From Takakia lepidozioides (taxonomy: Eukaryota; Plantae; Bryophyta), in contig CM060734.1 of the NCBI GenBank assembly GCA_030704615.1, forward strand, positions 43,276,001-43,340,000: a stretch of 64,000 bases of DNA, in the 5' to 3' direction. The translations under genes were made by a program, and so were the position numbers. The notes under the pieces are model-generated. The model was not told where the DNA came from and did not search any database. It saw only the letters and a program-made list of their open reading frames with translations. Each line of letters begins with the position of its first letter. The stretch's first letter is position 1. Below are positions 62,163 to 64,000 of the stretch, one piece after another.

Positions 62163-63482
62163 GAGAGAAACAGCGGGGACTCGGAGCGACCTCTCACAAA
62201 TCACTGTTATATAGTAATTAACCGTCGGTTTTATTTTATTTTTATTTTTTAATCAAATGATGATTGATCTGTTGATTTACATATGATTAAAGAACTTACG
62301 GGGAACCACTTATACTGTGTATCATCTTGGTCCATACCATGCCCAATGCTGGAATACTTGCTTCTCCAAAGCAAAGATAACCTGCTAGAATTGTATTATC
62401 ACTGCGTTTTTCACCGATCAAACAATGACCCATAATATTTTGAACAAAGCCATTTTTGGATAATTGTGCTGGTAGTGCCATTTGGCTTCTGCTCAAGCCC
62501 AATAATCCATCCTGTGCAAGCATTGCGCCTCCTCCTTGTTTGTATTCACAATTCCTTTGCTCAAATGCACACCTATATGTAATTGGTGATTAATATAATT
62601 TAGTCTATCATTTTCCTTTTCCCTGAAGATCACACCCAGCACACTAGCCACATGGGGAAAGTAGTTGTAAATTAAACTATTACAATGACAAAACGATGTA
62701 AGGCTAAGTTTGTAATCACTTTATGTAATATATTTTATAGTACTTTAATTATTACTTAAACATGTTTTATATTTTGGTCATATTTCATCAAATATTACCA
62801 CCGTCTTTCTCAATCATATTGTAATCATAAACTTAAGATTCAAGTTTCAATGTCATAACATACCCAAATATTATGTTGGTTTGAACGTAAGCCTTATCAT
62901 TTAGTTGGACAGTAAGAGTATCATTGAGGAGAATCCCATTAACTTGCAAACCATCTGCATAATTCATTTCAAAATAACAGTAATAATTGTTTTCTTCGTT
63001 ACATGGCTTATTCACATCTTGAATGCTAGGTGTACAAATGGAATGTCTACAATCTACAATTTGAGATTGTTCCCGATCGGGTCTGTATAATCCATTTGGT
63101 CCCTATATCAGCAAACAAAAGACATTAGACTTGTATGTATTAAACTCGTTTTTGTCCGAAAGGGGTAGTACCGCAAGGGAAAGAGGCTCTTATTTACACT
63201 AACTTCGGCTGGCGTCATATATATGTATATACTCATTTTTGTTCGCATTCTAGATCAGTTTTGCTATAATATTGAATTTTGGATAGATATTAAATTACCT
63301 TCAAGATATGGTGGACTATCATATGATATTGACATTTATCTATATGATGCAAAAGATGTACCGTTTTGCAACTTCGGGCTCGCTGAAAGTGACAATGTAC
63401 CCAGGTGAGGCGACTACCCGTGTCCACATCCACATAAAATGAAGACCGAGATTGACCTAATTTTATTTCAGTATAATATAGC
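60503..63482 (-). CDS. Nucellin/APCB1-like A1 aspartic protease; N-terminal exon(s) not resolved
   Basis: Exons about 63482-63362 (LYYTEI..VDVDTGSRLTWVHC), 63102-62864, 62572-62300, 61911-61755 (FLFDSGCVLTY), 61660-61572, 61156-61009, 60808-60742 and 60600-60503 (LVVYDTEKERIGW...C). Both catalytic Asp motifs are present. Confidence 0.85.
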
Positions 63483-64000
63483 CTACATGCATGCATCCAC
63501 ATTGTTTAATTATAAATCTCTTAAGACACACTAAGAACAGGCCCAATAAATCAGATCCGTCAGATTTGTATATTGAACTGCTACTAATGTTCCATCATTC
63601 ATATTTGTTGTCCACCGAAACTTGAAGTGCACCTCTGCAAAGATGTGAACTTATGTTTTAAATAAATATAAATTAGTTCAATATGATACAATACACTATC
63701 AATAAATTAAAACATACAGTAAAATGTTATTTGAAAATTGACTATGCTCAGTCGGAGACGGTCATGAACATAGAGACTATATCTAACAGTAACTTAGATT
63801 GAGAATTGAGCCTTTCTTAGTTTTATACCTATGCACTCTGTCTTTCACAATAACACAATCTTCTATATATATCTCTAGTAGCTGGATCTTCCCAAAACAC
63901 AAGCTTGTTTGATGCAACCAAAAGGCTTTTTCAACTGTCAACTCACATTGTTCTAGACTTTTTCACACGACCAAAAATGCATATCAACAACGATGGATTT

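Overview
Eukaryotic, intron-rich land-plant DNA, most like a bryophyte (inferred from the LRR-RLK subtype and the repeat content; the species cannot be determined). Protein genes left to right: the 3' part of LFR (ARM-repeat SWI/SNF subunit, +), an LRR-XI receptor-like kinase (-), an ER MESD-like chaperone (+), a renalase-like FAD oxidoreductase (-) head-to-head with MTERF2 (+), an uncharacterised acidic/basic C2H2 protein (+), PEX11B (+), a UGT80 sterol glucosyltransferase (+) and an AT-rich nucellin/APCB1-like aspartic protease (-). The first 7.1 kb is an LFR intron filled by two antisense copies of one APE-RT LINE family. This family is the most interesting feature. It appears to encode one long ORF with N-terminal 47-aa repeats and ends in a (CT)n tail. 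Its fragments sit at CT microsatellites and stack on each other's tails in LFR and UGT80 introns. Other repeats are a Harbinger transposase relic, two MITE-like elements, tRNA-derived SINE-like sequences, a Gypsy protease relic and an inverted-repeat/hairpin block at about 45 kb. No CRISPR array, rRNA or intact tRNA was seen. Exon boundaries were read by eye from GT/AG sites and remembered homologue motifs; no database search was run.
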